A DNA stretch of 62,987 bases, taken from the NCBI GenBank assembly GCA_002779395.1, contig PEWR01000139.1, positions 3,723-66,709 of the forward strand. The letters run 5' to 3'. Position numbers and translations under genes: made by a program. Below the pieces are notes generated by a model, which made no database searches, was not told the origin of the DNA, and worked only from the letters and a program-made list of their open reading frames with translations. This DNA is from Ignavibacteriales bacterium CG07_land_8_20_14_0_80_59_12 (GTDB lineage: Bacteria; Bacteroidota; Ignavibacteria; 0-14-0-80-59-12). Shown one piece after another: positions 47,313 to 61,111 of this stretch (position 1 is its first letter; every line of letters starts with the position of its first letter).

Positions 47313-48278
47313 ATGAGGCGCATCGGCGTTTTTACGAGCGGCGGCGACTCGCCTGGTATGAACGCGGCCATCCGCGCGGTGGTCCGCACAGGTATCCACC
47401 AAGGGGTGGAGGTCTGCGGCATCCACCGCGGATACGCCGGCATGATCCGCGGGGAGGTCACGCAGCTCGAAGCGCGATCGGTTTCAAACATCCTCCAGCG
47501 CGGAGGCACCATCCTCAAGACTGCCAGGTCGGACGAGTTTATGGCGAAGGAGGGGCGTGCGAAGGCCGCGGCGAAACTCAAGAAGAAGGGAATCGAAGGA
47601 CTCGTCGCCATTGGCGGCGACGGGACCTTCCAGGGCGCGGTCGCCCTCAACGAAGAGCACGGCACTCCCATCGTCGGCATCCCCGGGACGATCGACAACG
47701 ATCTCTACGGGACCGATTTCACAATCGGCTACGACACGGCGGTGAACACGGCAATGGAGGCTATCGACAAAATCCGTGACACCGCAGGGTCCCACGAACG
47801 TCTCTTCTACGTGGAAGTCATGGGACGCCAGTCGGGTTTCATCGCGCTCGATGTGGGCCTGACGAGCGGCGCGGAATACATTGCGATTCCCGAGACAAAG
47901 ACCGATATCGATGAGCTAAAATCTCTCCTCAAGGGATTCCGCAAGGACAAGTCGAGCGCCATTATCGTTGTCGCGGAGGGGGACGAACAGGGTGGTGCCT
48001 TCACGCTCGCGAAGAAAGTGAAAGATGCATCCGGGTACGAGTACCGGGTCTGTGTTCTCGGCCATGTCCAGCGCGGCGGCTCACCGACATCGCGCGACCG
48101 GCTTCTCGCAAGCAAACTCGGCTACACGGCTGTCACGACGCTCCTGAGCGGCGCCTCGAACCTCATGGTCGGCGAAGTGAACGGGAAGATCGTGCTCACA
48201 CCTCTGCGCGAGACCTGGCAGCACCGAAAGATCATCGACCCGGGACTCATCGAGATCGCGAGCATCCTGTCGTTGTAG
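47313..48278 (+). CDS. pfkA: ATP-dependent 6-phosphofructokinase
   Basis: MRRIGVFTSGGDSPGMNAAIR; GGDG and PGTIDND (Gly/Gly signature). 321 aa. Confidence 0.9.
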   Translation: MRRIGVFTSGGDSPGMNAAIRAVVRTGIHQGVEVCGIHRGYAGMIRGEVTQLEARSVSNILQRGGTILKTARSDEFMAKEGRAKAAAKLKKKGIEGLVAIGGDGTFQGAVALNEEHGTPIVGIPGTIDNDLYGTDFTIGYDTAVNTAMEAIDKIRDTAGSHERLFYVEVMGRQSGFIALDVGLTSGAEYIAIPETKTDIDELKSLLKGFRKDKSSAIIVVAEGDEQGGAFTLAKKVKDASGYEYRVCVLGHVQRGGSPTSRDRLLASKLGYTAVTTLLSGASNLMVGEVNGKIVLTPLRETWQHRKIIDPGLIEIASILSL

Positions 48279-48462
48279 ACGCGTTTGGGGGGACCCAATG
48301 AAAGACCCCCCATTCTGTCCTTCCACCACAAAGGGAGAAGAAGCGCTCAAACAACGTGATTCCCTCGCCTGGGCAGTTCGGACGCCGTTGATTCTCACTT
48401 CGTCCCTCCATATATTCGTTACTATAAGAGACAACGACTCAATCCCGATTTCCGGAGGACGC

Positions 48463-49470
48463 TTGGTTCAAATTACCGAAGCCCGCCTCGAAGAACTTTT
48501 CCAGAGATTCAACGGGAAGCGAATCGCTATCCTCGGAGACCTCATGCTCGACCGGTATCTCTGGGGCACGGTCCATAGGATCTCCCCCGAAGCCCCGGTC
48601 CCTGTCGTCGAAGTCGAATCGGAGTCGGCCCGCCTGGGCGGCGCGGCCAACGTCGCGAACAACATCAAGTCCCTGGGTGGAGAGCCGATCTCAATCGGAA
48701 CCGTCGGAGACGACGACGGCGGATCCATCCTCCGAGGCCTCATGGAGGAAGGAGGATTCTCCTCTGAAGGGCTCATACGCGACCCCTCACGCCCGACGAC
48801 TGTGAAAACCCGTGTCATCGCCCACAGCCAGCACGTCGTGCGGATCGACCATGAGGTGAGACATGACATTGCGCCGGAAACCCGGCACCGGATCATCGAT
48901 TTCCTCAGAGAGCGGTTCCCCGGCCTTGACGGCCTTATCATCGAAGACTACAACAAGGGTGTAGTGGTCAGGGACCTCATCGGCGCCGTCGTGACACTGG
49001 CGCGGAAGCACAACGTGCCGGTGACGGTGGATCCGAAGTTCAACAACTTCTTTGATTTTCGCGATGTCACGGTGTTCAAGCCCAATCGGCAGGAGGTCGA
49101 AGAAGCGCTCGGGCTCCGGCTCATAACTGATGCCGACGTGGAGGAGGCTGGGAGGGAGATTCTCCGCCGCCTCAATGCCGACTCCGTTCTCCTGACGCGG
49201 GGGGAGAAGGGGATGTCGCTCTTCGAGCCGGGCGGGGAAGTCACCCACGTGCCGACGAAAGCGCGAAGGGTTGCCGATGTTTCCGGTGCAGGTGACACCG
49301 TAATCTCGACCCTTACCATGGCAATCGCCGCGGGGGCCACCATCCGCGAGGCGGCGAACCTTGCGAACTTCGCTGGAGGCGTTGTCTGCGGCGAAGTGGG
49401 CATCGTCCCCGTTCAGCCTGCGCTCCTGAAAGCGGCGGTCCTCGACGACGAGGTCGACGAACAGCCATGA
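48463..49470 (+). CDS. hldE: D-glycero-beta-D-manno-heptose-7-phosphate kinase (RfaE/HldE domain I)
   Basis: PfkB-family sugar kinase: GGAANVA, DVSGAGDT. TTG at 48463 has GGAGGA 6 nt upstream. The ORF is open from 48298. Confidence 0.8.
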   Translation: MVQITEARLEELFQRFNGKRIAILGDLMLDRYLWGTVHRISPEAPVPVVEVESESARLGGAANVANNIKSLGGEPISIGTVGDDDGGSILRGLMEEGGFSSEGLIRDPSRPTTVKTRVIAHSQHVVRIDHEVRHDIAPETRHRIIDFLRERFPGLDGLIIEDYNKGVVVRDLIGAVVTLARKHNVPVTVDPKFNNFFDFRDVTVFKPNRQEVEEALGLRLITDADVEEAGREILRRLNADSVLLTRGEKGMSLFEPGGEVTHVPTKARRVADVSGAGDTVISTLTMAIAAGATIREAANLANFAGGVVCGEVGIVPVQPALLKAAVLDDEVDEQP

Positions 49471-49946
49471 TAGGCGCGATTCTCTCGCTCGCCGAGGCCG
49501 TTGCGTGGCGCGCTGAGCTCCGCACCGAAGGGAAGCGTGTCGTCTTCACGAACGGGTGCTTTGACATCCTTCACCGGGGACACGTTGAATATCTGAAACG
49601 AGCGCGGGTCCTTGGCGACGCGCTTGTTGTCGGGTTGAACTCCGATACGTCGGTCCGCCGGGTGAAAGGCGATCTGCGTCCGATCCTCCCGCAGGACGAC
49701 CGCGCCGCCATCCTCGCATCGCTGCGGGCCGTCGATGTGGTAACGATCTTCGATGAGGACACACCGTATGCGCTCATCTCCGCACTTGTCCCCGACATCC
49801 TCGTGAAGGGGGCGGACTGGAAAATCTCCGATGTCGTCGGACGTGATGTCGTGGAGGGAGGTGGGGGACGCGTCGTCACGGTCGAGTATGTCCCCGACCG
49901 ATCGACCTCCGTAGTCATTGACACGATCCGCTCCCGATACTGCTAA
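49467..49946 (+). CDS. D-glycero-beta-D-manno-heptose 1-phosphate adenylyltransferase (RfaE/HldE domain II)
   Basis: 159 aa cytidylyltransferase fold with TNGCFDILHRGHV. ATGA overlap with the kinase gene. Confidence 0.85.
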   Translation: MIGAILSLAEAVAWRAELRTEGKRVVFTNGCFDILHRGHVEYLKRARVLGDALVVGLNSDTSVRRVKGDLRPILPQDDRAAILASLRAVDVVTIFDEDTPYALISALVPDILVKGADWKISDVVGRDVVEGGGGRVVTVEYVPDRSTSVVIDTIRSRYC

Positions 49947-49961
49947 GTCCGCGGGTGCCCG

Positions 49962-52900
49962 ATGGTGCAGCTGAAGAAATTCGTGCGCGCGCTGTTCACC
50001 GGCGCCTTCCTTCTGGCCCTTGTCGCCGCAGCCGTGGTCGGGTTCACACAGACGCAGGTTTTCCGCTCGTACCTCCGGTCATTTCTTCTCACTCAGCTCG
50101 GCGACTTGCCGCACGGCTCCCTCTACCTCGGTGAGTTCCACGGGAGCCTTTTTACCGGTCTCACAATCGACGGTGTGGCCCTGAAGGTCGACGGGACCTA
50201 TCTGGCCGCGGCGGAGAAGCTCGAGCTCCGCTATGACCCGTTCGTCCTCGTCGAACACCGGATCGCGTTCGGGAAGGTCATCCTCTATGAGCCGCGCATA
50301 CGGCTTGTCCGTTACGCCGACAGCACGTGGAACTTCGAGCGCCTCTCGACGGAGGAGGAAAAGCCGAAGGCGAAACGGTTCGACTGGACCATCGTCCTGC
50401 GCGACCTCGAAATCCGGTCCGGGGTGCTCGCGGTCGTCGACTCCACGGCGCTCCCGGCAGACACATCGAAGGAGTATCTGCACTACACAAACCTGACTGC
50501 ACGCGACCTCAACCTCCTTCTCGAAGGGGAGATCGGCCCCGACCATCTCAGGGCTCGCGTCGAGAATCTTGCGCTCAGCATCGATACGCCTGCGGTGGCC
50601 GTCCGAAGGATCGCAGCCTCGATCCTCGTCGCCCCCCAGGGTATTGCCATCGACAGCCTGCGCTTCGACCTTGATCAGACGCACCTCACGGCGAACGCGC
50701 GGCTCGACGGCGTCGATCTCCTTGGCGGAGAGGTGACCCTCGCTTCCCTCCGGTCGAAGAGAGTCCACCTTTCATGCGATGCGCAGCCCATCTCCGCACG
50801 CGAGCTGAGGACCTTTCTTGGATCTCTCCGCTTCATGGACGGCGCTGCGACCATCCGCGGCCGCATCGAGGGGACGTTCGGCTCGATGGCGGTGCAGGAG
50901 TTGACGTTGAAAACCGGGGAGTCCGAGATCTCTCTCCATGGAAGGCTCGACAACGTCCATTCGCCGGCAGACCTCTACCTGAACGTCGAGACGTCGCGTG
51001 CTCACCTCGTCTACCGCGACGTGATGGACCTCCTCGCGGGTCTTCCGATACCGGACTTCTCCTCCCTTGGGGAAACCGACGCGTTGCTCCGCTTCGTGGG
51101 GCGGCCGCTCAATTTTACGGCATCGGTCGCGCTCAGCAGTCTCTTCGGGCACGCGGAGGCGGAAGCCAAGTTCGACCTGACGCGCGGACCGATGCAGTAC
51201 GACGGGAAGATATCTCTCCGCGACATGAACTTCGCGTTCCTCCAGGATGGAATGTCCCCGAGCAAGCTCAGCGGGTCGGCAGCCATCAACGGGACGGGAA
51301 CACGGCTCGACCAGATGAACGCGCATGCCGAGCTGCGCATTGACACATCGTCCTACGGGCGATTCAGCATCAGAAACCTCTCGGCGCGGGTGGATGCATC
51401 TCAGGGGTTCTTTCAGATAGCGGCCCAGGGAGCAACGGACGCCGGGACAGCCGACTTCGTCTCGACGCTCGATGCGACCCGGACGGCCGCCGACTCGGTC
51501 CCGTCCTATACCATCGACGGCAGCCTTTCCTCCGTAAACCTCGCGGATCTTCTACGCGACCCGTTCTACAACAGTTCGTTGAACTTCGGGCTCCATGTCG
51601 TGGGCTCTGGAACCGGGCTTGAGGACTTCCTCGGGATGGTCTCCGTCCGGCTCGCGGGCTCGACGGTTCGGTCAAAACCCATCGATGACATTCCGGTTGA
51701 TCTCAACGTCGCGGGCGGACCGCAGGGCGGCCGCCATATCACATTCCGCTCGCCGGTAGCGGACGCGACGTTCAAAGGGAAGTTCTCCTACGGCGGACTC
51801 ATCGAGGCGGTGAACCGTCTCGCATCGCGCCTCGCAGGCGAGGTGGCGGCACGAACGGGAGCGGGCAGCAGAGTGAACATGACAGTCCCCACGTTCCCGG
51901 ACAGCGGGCGCGATTCAGTCCGGTACTCCGTCGACATTCGGGACATCTCTCCGATCGCCCGCTTCTTCACTGAGGACGAAATGGCGGGGAGCGGGACACT
52001 CACCGGAAGCATCGACCGCCGCGGACCGCATGTCGATTTCGAGGACACTCTCTTCATCGACTACTTCGCACGCCTCCTCGCTGAAGGAGGTTTGTACGTC
52101 CGAGGCGGCCGGCTCAGCTTCGGTGCGCACGACGACGCCCTGGGAGCGGACCTCGATTCCATGGTGCTTGCCCTCGAGGCGAACGCGGACCGACTGGTCG
52201 CGGGGAAAAGGGAGATAAGCACTCCGACCCTCGCCCTTGCACTCTCCGGGCGACGCGGCACAGTCTCCGGCTCGGCGATGGTCGATTCCGTCCTCAACTG
52301 CCGCGCGGCTGCACGCATCGATGCGCGCGATTCTATCGTGACGCTCGTAGACGTCGACACGCTTGAGGCGGCGTACCGGCTGTACCGCTGGTACCTCGCC
52401 CACGATGTTAACGTGACCCTCGCGCCGCGCTCTCTGGCTGCGCATGCGATCGACGTCGACGGTCCGTCCGGGCGCATCCATCTCGCCTCCGCAGCCGTCA
52501 CCGGTGATTCAGTAGCAGGTGAGCTCTCCGCCGACCGTCTCCGGCTCGACAGCCTCGTTGCCATGGTGGTCGATACGTCCCAGCACGTTTCGCTCGATGG
52601 AATGCTGAGCGTCGGCGCGCGACTGACCGGCACGCTCTCGGCGCCCGAGGTCAGCGCGAACCTTCAGCTCGACAGCGTGACGTACGGCAGAGTGCGGGTC
52701 GGCGATCTCAAAGGTGATGCGCTTCTCGCATCGGGCCGTGTCTCCGGATCACTTGCACTTCGGGGAAGCAAGGCGTCGGTCGCACTGCCGCTTGTGTTGG
52801 GTGGATCATTTCCGCTCTCAAACGAGAATGACACCCTCGCCCTCAATCTGGGTGCCGAATCGTTCCCGCTCGCAATCCTTGCCCCGCTTGTCAGCGTCGG

Positions 52901-54380
52901 ACAGGACTTCGGCGGTACACTCACGGGGAGCCTGCGTGTGACGGGGACAGCGAAGGCTCCTGTCTTCTCCGGGGGACTTTCCGCCCGCGCCGGGATGGTC
53001 TTTCTCCCGAACAACATCCCGTACGATATCACACTGTCAGCCGTAACCTCCGGCAGCAAATGGCTTATCGACAGCATCGTTGTCCGGAACGACCAGGCGG
53101 ACAACCCCGATGGGAAGCTTCTCGTGAGGGGCGAGGTCCTCATGGATGGTTTCAACATGGGTTCGTTCGACGCAGCGGCCATCGGCCAGCTTCTTATCAT
53201 GAAGGAGCCGGAGCATGCCTCGCCATACGAGATGCACGGGACCCTTTCCATTGGTACAGGCCCCGACAGCGTGTGCGTCTCCGGGACCTCACAGCACGCA
53301 ATGGTGAGAGGGCTTGTGCGCGTGCGCCAGGGGAGCATCGTGTTCCCCGCAAGCGTCCAGTTCGGAGAGGGCTCCACGGAGAGCGGGACGAACTATGTGT
53401 TCGTTGACTCCACCGCAGCGCCGAAAGTCGAAAGCCAGCAGGCGCGCCTCGAGCGCCTCATCGGCGAGCGGCGGCGGCAGGCCAAGCAGGAAGCGGAGGC
53501 GCCGTCGTTCGTCGATCAGCTCTCCACCGACCTCACGCTTGAGACCTTTGGGAAAACGGAGATCCGCTACGTCATCAATCCGCTGACAGACGAGGAGCTC
53601 TTTGCCGTCCTCAACGGGAAGCTCCACCTCGTCCGTAGCGGCAGGGATATCCGCCTCGCCGGTGATATCGGGATCGGCGAACACTCCTACTACAATTTCT
53701 ACAAGCGGTTCTCCGCCGGCGGGAAGCTCATGTTTACCGGCGACCCCGTGAACCCGGAGCTTGACATCACTGCGACCTATACCGGCATGCATACGCGCGC
53801 GCTTTCGGATTCGGTCGACCGCGTGGTCGTCACACTCCACATCACCGGGACGAAGGACCATCCCGACGTTGCGATGAGCATGACGGAGAACGACAAGCCT
53901 CGAACCGGCACCGACGTTCAGTCGGATGTGGTCTCGTTCCTCATCTTCGGGAGGTACAAAGACGAAGTGCTCGGGCCTGAGCGAGGACCGTACAACCCGG
54001 ACATCGGGACGGCGCTGTCACGATCGATCATCTCGGGGTTCGCGTCGTCCCTTTTCTCAGCCGCGCTTACGAACTTCGCCCGCGAAACTGGTTTTATCCA
54101 ATCTGCCGAGCTGAGCTACGGCGGAGGAGGGATGTCATCGGCCGGGCTGCGGCTCAGCGGCGAGATCCAGGGGGCGTACTGGAGGTACGAAGGGAAGGTG
54201 TTCAACGACGTGACTAACGCCGACATCGTTGTGCAATTCTCGGTGGGAGATATGCTGCGCGAGGATCGTCTGCGGAGCCTTATCCTGGAGTTTGCCCGGA
54301 GGAGCCGGCAGGCGAACGAGTTCCAGGAAGAAAAGCAGAACATGTACGAAGGACGGCTGTTTTACCGGATTACTTTCTAA
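49962..54380 (+). CDS. tamB: TamB-like translocation and assembly module protein (DUF490)
   Basis: 1472 aa with an N-terminal anchor and a long beta-rich body. C-terminal DUF490-like GDPVNPELDITATY...VTLHITGTKDHPDV...SFLIFGRY. Confidence 0.8.
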   Translation: MVQLKKFVRALFTGAFLLALVAAAVVGFTQTQVFRSYLRSFLLTQLGDLPHGSLYLGEFHGSLFTGLTIDGVALKVDGTYLAAAEKLELRYDPFVLVEHRIAFGKVILYEPRIRLVRYADSTWNFERLSTEEEKPKAKRFDWTIVLRDLEIRSGVLAVVDSTALPADTSKEYLHYTNLTARDLNLLLEGEIGPDHLRARVENLALSIDTPAVAVRRIAASILVAPQGIAIDSLRFDLDQTHLTANARLDGVDLLGGEVTLASLRSKRVHLSCDAQPISARELRTFLGSLRFMDGAATIRGRIEGTFGSMAVQELTLKTGESEISLHGRLDNVHSPADLYLNVETSRAHLVYRDVMDLLAGLPIPDFSSLGETDALLRFVGRPLNFTASVALSSLFGHAEAEAKFDLTRGPMQYDGKISLRDMNFAFLQDGMSPSKLSGSAAINGTGTRLDQMNAHAELRIDTSSYGRFSIRNLSARVDASQGFFQIAAQGATDAGTADFVSTLDATRTAADSVPSYTIDGSLSSVNLADLLRDPFYNSSLNFGLHVVGSGTGLEDFLGMVSVRLAGSTVRSKPIDDIPVDLNVAGGPQGGRHITFRSPVADATFKGKFSYGGLIEAVNRLASRLAGEVAARTGAGSRVNMTVPTFPDSGRDSVRYSVDIRDISPIARFFTEDEMAGSGTLTGSIDRRGPHVDFEDTLFIDYFARLLAEGGLYVRGGRLSFGAHDDALGADLDSMVLALEANADRLVAGKREISTPTLALALSGRRGTVSGSAMVDSVLNCRAAARIDARDSIVTLVDVDTLEAAYRLYRWYLAHDVNVTLAPRSLAAHAIDVDGPSGRIHLASAAVTGDSVAGELSADRLRLDSLVAMVVDTSQHVSLDGMLSVGARLTGTLSAPEVSANLQLDSVTYGRVRVGDLKGDALLASGRVSGSLALRGSKASVALPLVLGGSFPLSNENDTLALNLGAESFPLAILAPLVSVGQDFGGTLTGSLRVTGTAKAPVFSGGLSARAGMVFLPNNIPYDITLSAVTSGSKWLIDSIVVRNDQADNPDGKLLVRGEVLMDGFNMGSFDAAAIGQLLIMKEPEHASPYEMHGTLSIGTGPDSVCVSGTSQHAMVRGLVRVRQGSIVFPASVQFGEGSTESGTNYVFVDSTAAPKVESQQARLERLIGERRRQAKQEAEAPSFVDQLSTDLTLETFGKTEIRYVINPLTDEELFAVLNGKLHLVRSGRDIRLAGDIGIGEHSYYNFYKRFSAGGKLMFTGDPVNPELDITATYTGMHTRALSDSVDRVVVTLHITGTKDHPDVAMSMTENDKPRTGTDVQSDVVSFLIFGRYKDEVLGPERGPYNPDIGTALSRSIISGFASSLFSAALTNFARETGFIQSAELSYGGGGMSSAGLRLSGEIQGAYWRYEGKVFNDVTNADIVVQFSVGDMLREDRLRSLILEFARRSRQANEFQEEKQNMYEGRLFYRITF

Positions 54381-54387
54381 GGAGCAT

Positions 54388-56538
54388 ATGAAACAGCAGC
54401 GATCGTTGGTTTCTCTCAGCCGCGAAGTGATTTCGCTTCTCAAGACTCATCCGGATGAAGCGTTCACCACGGCCGAAATTGCGGCTGCGGTCGGACTTCG
54501 TGGCGGGACTGCGCACCGCCTCCTCCACGAGGCGCTCTCGTCCTCGGTTGAAGAGAAGATCATCGAGCGCGTGAAGGGCAACCGCTACCGTTACCCCCGG
54601 CGCCGGGCTGTCCTCACAGGACGCCTTTCCATGATGAAGGGAGGGACGGGGATCGTTGAAGTGGAAGGGGAAGGCCAGCGCGTCTTCATCCCGCACAATT
54701 TTCTCTCTACAGCGTTGGACGGTGACCGCGTGGGAATCGCTCTGTTCGCGGAGTCCAGGAAGGGGAGGGACGACGAAGAGAAACGCCTCCCCGATGGAGA
54801 GGTCGTCGAGGTCATCGAAAGAGGACGCGTGCGGATCGTCGGCACGATGGAGAAAAGCCGCGGCTTCTTTTTCGTTGTCCCCGACGATTCCCGAATCACG
54901 AGAGATATCTACATTCAGAAAGGTTCGACGGAAGGAGCACGGCCGGGGGAGAAGGTCGTAGCGGAAATCACGGAGTGGTCATCCCCCGAGCTGAACCCCG
55001 AAGGGCGCGTCGTCGAAGTGCTCGGGAAGTCAGGCGAGCCGCTCGTCGAAGTCCGTGCCGTTGCCCGCGCGCACAGCCTTCCCCTCTCTTTTCCAGCGGA
55101 CGTTCTCGCTGAGGTACGTGCAATCCCGGAGAGGATCCCTCCAGAGGAAGTCCGCCGCCGCCGTGACCTGCGGGGAGCTGTCGCGTTCACGATCGACCCG
55201 GAGGATGCGAAGGACTTTGATGATGCGGTCTCCATCGAGCCTCTGAACGGAGGGCGATGCCTCCTTGGCGTTCACATCGCAGACGTGAGCTACTATGTGA
55301 AGGAGGGGACGCCGCTCGACCGTGAGGCGTACGAGCGGGGGACAAGCGTCTATCTCCCAAACGCGGTCGTCCCGATGCTTCCTGAGAAGCTCTCGAACAA
55401 TCTCTGCAGCCTCCGCCCGCTTGAGGATCGGCTCAGCTATTCGGTCCTCATGACGGTGACGAAGCAGGGGGTGGTTGAGTCGGCGGAGATCGTGAGGTCC
55501 GCCATCCGGAGCCGCAGGCGATTCTCGTACGAGGAGGTCCAGCGGATCATTGAGTCGGGGAAAGGGGATTTTGCAGGAGAAATCAGCCGAATGCGTGCCT
55601 TGAGCGAGGTTCTCCACCGCAAGCGGCTGAGAGAGGGGAGCATCGACTTCGAGACGGCCGAGGCGAAGTTCCGGTTTGACGGGGAGGGGTATCCGGTCGA
55701 GATTCTCAAGAAGGTCAGGACCGACGCGACAAACCTCGTCGAGGAGTTCATGCTTCTCGCGAACAAGACCGTCGCTGAATCGGTCGAGAGCACGGGCCGC
55801 GGCCCGGCTATGAGCCCGTTCCTCTACCGGGTGCACGACGCGCCCAACACAGAAAAGCTCCGCGAGCTCGCCGACTTTGTCAAGCGGTTCGGCTTCAGGC
55901 TCCATGTCGACGGGGGAGTCAACTCGAAGGCGCTCCAGAAGCTCATCGAGCAGGTGAAGGGGAGCGAAGTCGAGGACCTCATCAATGAGATTGCAGTTCG
56001 CTCGATGGCAAAGGCGGTCTACTCCCCGAAGAACATCGGACACTACGGTCTCGGCTTCGCTCACTACGCACAGTTCACCTCGCCGATCCGCCGTTACCCT
56101 GACCTAATTGTCCACCGGCTCCTCGTTGAATACGGGGGCGGGATGGCCGCCGTGCGCGTGCGCCAATGGATGAAGCGCCTCGATGAGATCTGCCGTCATT
56201 CGTCGGAGATGGAGCAGAACGCGGTGGAGGCGGAGCGCGAGGCGGTTCGCGTGATGCAGGCGGAGTATATGAAGCGTCACCTCGGCGACGTCTTCAAAGG
56301 TGTCATCAGCGGTGTCACCAATTACGGGATCTACGTCGAGATCACCGACCTCCTCATCGAAGGGATGGTCCATGTCCGGGAGATGGGGGACGACTACTAC
56401 GTCTACGACGAAAAGCGGTACGCTCTCGTCGGGAGGAGGAGGAAGCATGAGTACCGGCTGGGGAGCCCTGTCATGGTTCAGGTGGTCTCGGTCGATGTCG
56501 AGCGTCACCAGGTGAAGCTCGCTCTCGCGGAGGAATGA
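54388..56538 (+). CDS. rnr: ribonuclease R
   Basis: RNB domain (FTIDPEDAKDFDDAVS, YLPNAVVPMLPE, FTSPIRRYPDLIVHR) plus a C-terminal S1 domain. ATG at 54388 follows AAGGAG. Confidence 0.92.
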   Translation: MKQQRSLVSLSREVISLLKTHPDEAFTTAEIAAAVGLRGGTAHRLLHEALSSSVEEKIIERVKGNRYRYPRRRAVLTGRLSMMKGGTGIVEVEGEGQRVFIPHNFLSTALDGDRVGIALFAESRKGRDDEEKRLPDGEVVEVIERGRVRIVGTMEKSRGFFFVVPDDSRITRDIYIQKGSTEGARPGEKVVAEITEWSSPELNPEGRVVEVLGKSGEPLVEVRAVARAHSLPLSFPADVLAEVRAIPERIPPEEVRRRRDLRGAVAFTIDPEDAKDFDDAVSIEPLNGGRCLLGVHIADVSYYVKEGTPLDREAYERGTSVYLPNAVVPMLPEKLSNNLCSLRPLEDRLSYSVLMTVTKQGVVESAEIVRSAIRSRRRFSYEEVQRIIESGKGDFAGEISRMRALSEVLHRKRLREGSIDFETAEAKFRFDGEGYPVEILKKVRTDATNLVEEFMLLANKTVAESVESTGRGPAMSPFLYRVHDAPNTEKLRELADFVKRFGFRLHVDGGVNSKALQKLIEQVKGSEVEDLINEIAVRSMAKAVYSPKNIGHYGLGFAHYAQFTSPIRRYPDLIVHRLLVEYGGGMAAVRVRQWMKRLDEICRHSSEMEQNAVEAEREAVRVMQAEYMKRHLGDVFKGVISGVTNYGIYVEITDLLIEGMVHVREMGDDYYVYDEKRYALVGRRRKHEYRLGSPVMVQVVSVDVERHQVKLALAEE

Positions 56539-56578
56539 CCCGGCGCGAAGGTTTGGTTTTCAGGCGTCGTTGTGATAA

Positions 56579-58057
<1,479 letters not shown>

Positions 58058-58059
58058 GG

Positions 58060-58473
58060 ATGCCGAGCGGCAAGTCGTTCCAGTGTGACCTTGTCACGCC
58101 GCAGCGGATCCTCTTCTCGGGCGAGGTCGTGAGTGTCACCGCGCCGGGGACGGTCGGGAGTTTTCAGGTGCTCTACAACCATGCCCCACTGCTGAGCTCT
58201 CTCGCGGTCGGGAAGGTCATCCTGCGGTTTTCGGATGAGAAAGAGTCGCTCTACGCAACAAGCGGCGGCTTCGCCGAAGTCCGCGAAAACAAGGTCGTGA
58301 TCCTTGCGGAGACGGCCGAACGGGAGGATGAGATCGACGTGGCGCGGGCACGCGAAGCCCGAGACAGGGCTCTCAAGAGGCTCAAGGATCATGCCGCGGA
58401 AATTGATGCCGCGCGCGCCCGAGGCGCCCTGGTCCGTGCTATCAACCGGCTCAAAGTCGCCGGGGCTGGGTAG
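58060..58473 (+). CDS. atpC: F0F1 ATP synthase subunit epsilon
   Basis: 137 aa, directly after atpD. C-terminal helical ERAREARDRALKRL. Confidence 0.88.
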   Translation: MPSGKSFQCDLVTPQRILFSGEVVSVTAPGTVGSFQVLYNHAPLLSSLAVGKVILRFSDEKESLYATSGGFAEVRENKVVILAETAEREDEIDVARAREARDRALKRLKDHAAEIDAARARGALVRAINRLKVAGAG

Positions 58474-58493
58474 AGACGGAGACGGAAGCCGTG

Positions 58494-58532
58494 ACTCACT
58501 TCGTTGGTCGGTTGACGAAGTGAGTTTTTTTG
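58494..58532 (+). terminator. rho-independent terminator after atpDC
   Basis: The 11-bp stem ACTCACTTCGT/ACGAAGTGAGT has a 10-nt loop and is followed by TTTTTTTG. Confidence 0.8.
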
Positions 58533-58614
58533 TGCTTGTGCAGGGGCCCGACACAGGTGGGTCCCATCGCCCGAAGGGCGGTTCATCACCGCGTACAATC
58601 TGAAGGGACGGTCC

Positions 58615-60258
<1,644 letters not shown>

Positions 60259-60301
60259 AAGAAGCGGCTCACCGACCGGAGGTCACCGAACGGGGGAGAG
60301 G

Positions 60302-61093
60302 ATGATTCCGAAGAACCGGCTCAAGGCAATCCGTCAGCTCACGGAGAAGAAGGGGAGGCAGGAGCAGCACAGGTTCATTGTCGAGAGCGTGCGTGCGGTT
60401 GGAGAGGCAGCTTCCTCCGGTTGGAAGATCGATGCCGTTCTCTACGTGAGCGGGTTCGGAAGTGACGAAAGGAAGAACCTTCTGCTGACGTCGCTCCTTG
60501 ACCGCGGCGCGTCGCTCTATGAGGTGAGTGAGAAGGAGCTCGAAGAGGTGAGCAACGTCGTGACGTCGCAGGGGATCGTGGCGGTCGCGGAACAGCGGGA
60601 TATTCCAGTGGATGAGATCCTTGCATCGAAGCGGTCAGTCCCCGTCGTGCTTGCCACGGATGAGCTGCGCGATCCCGGAAATCTCGGGACCGTCATTCGC
60701 GCGGCAGATTGGTTCGGAATCCGCGGCGTGGTTCTCGGCAAAGGGTCGGTGGACCTCTATAACCCGAAGGTCGTCCGGTCGACGGTCGGGTCCCTTTTCC
60801 ACCTCCCGGTGGCGCACGGAGTCGAGCTTCATGCCTTCATCACGCAGGCGCGCGCGAAGGGGTACAAGGTCGCGGCGGCGGATCAGCGGGGGGAGGTGGC
60901 ACTTGACCGGTTTGCGCCTGAGGGGCCGCTCGTTCTCGTGATAGGGAACGAGGCGCATGGGGTTTCGCCGGCTCTTGCGAAGTCAGCCGACGTGAGGATC
61001 AACATACCGAAGTTCGGGGAAGCAGAGTCGCTCAATGCGACCGCTGCGGCCAGCATCATCCTCTGGCATCTCGCTTCGCGCACGCGCGCATAA
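60302..61093 (+). CDS. TrmH/SpoU-family RNA 2'-O-methyltransferase
   Basis: DPGNLGTVIR, IGNEAHGVS and ESLNATAAASIILW motifs. ATG at 60302. Confidence 0.85.
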   Translation: MIPKNRLKAIRQLTEKKGRQEQHRFIVESVRAVGEAASSGWKIDAVLYVSGFGSDERKNLLLTSLLDRGASLYEVSEKELEEVSNVVTSQGIVAVAEQRDIPVDEILASKRSVPVVLATDELRDPGNLGTVIRAADWFGIRGVVLGKGSVDLYNPKVVRSTVGSLFHLPVAHGVELHAFITQARAKGYKVAAADQRGEVALDRFAPEGPLVLVIGNEAHGVSPALAKSADVRINIPKFGEAESLNATAAASIILWHLASRTRA

Positions 61094-61111
61094 ACTTGGA
61101 TGGGACTCACC

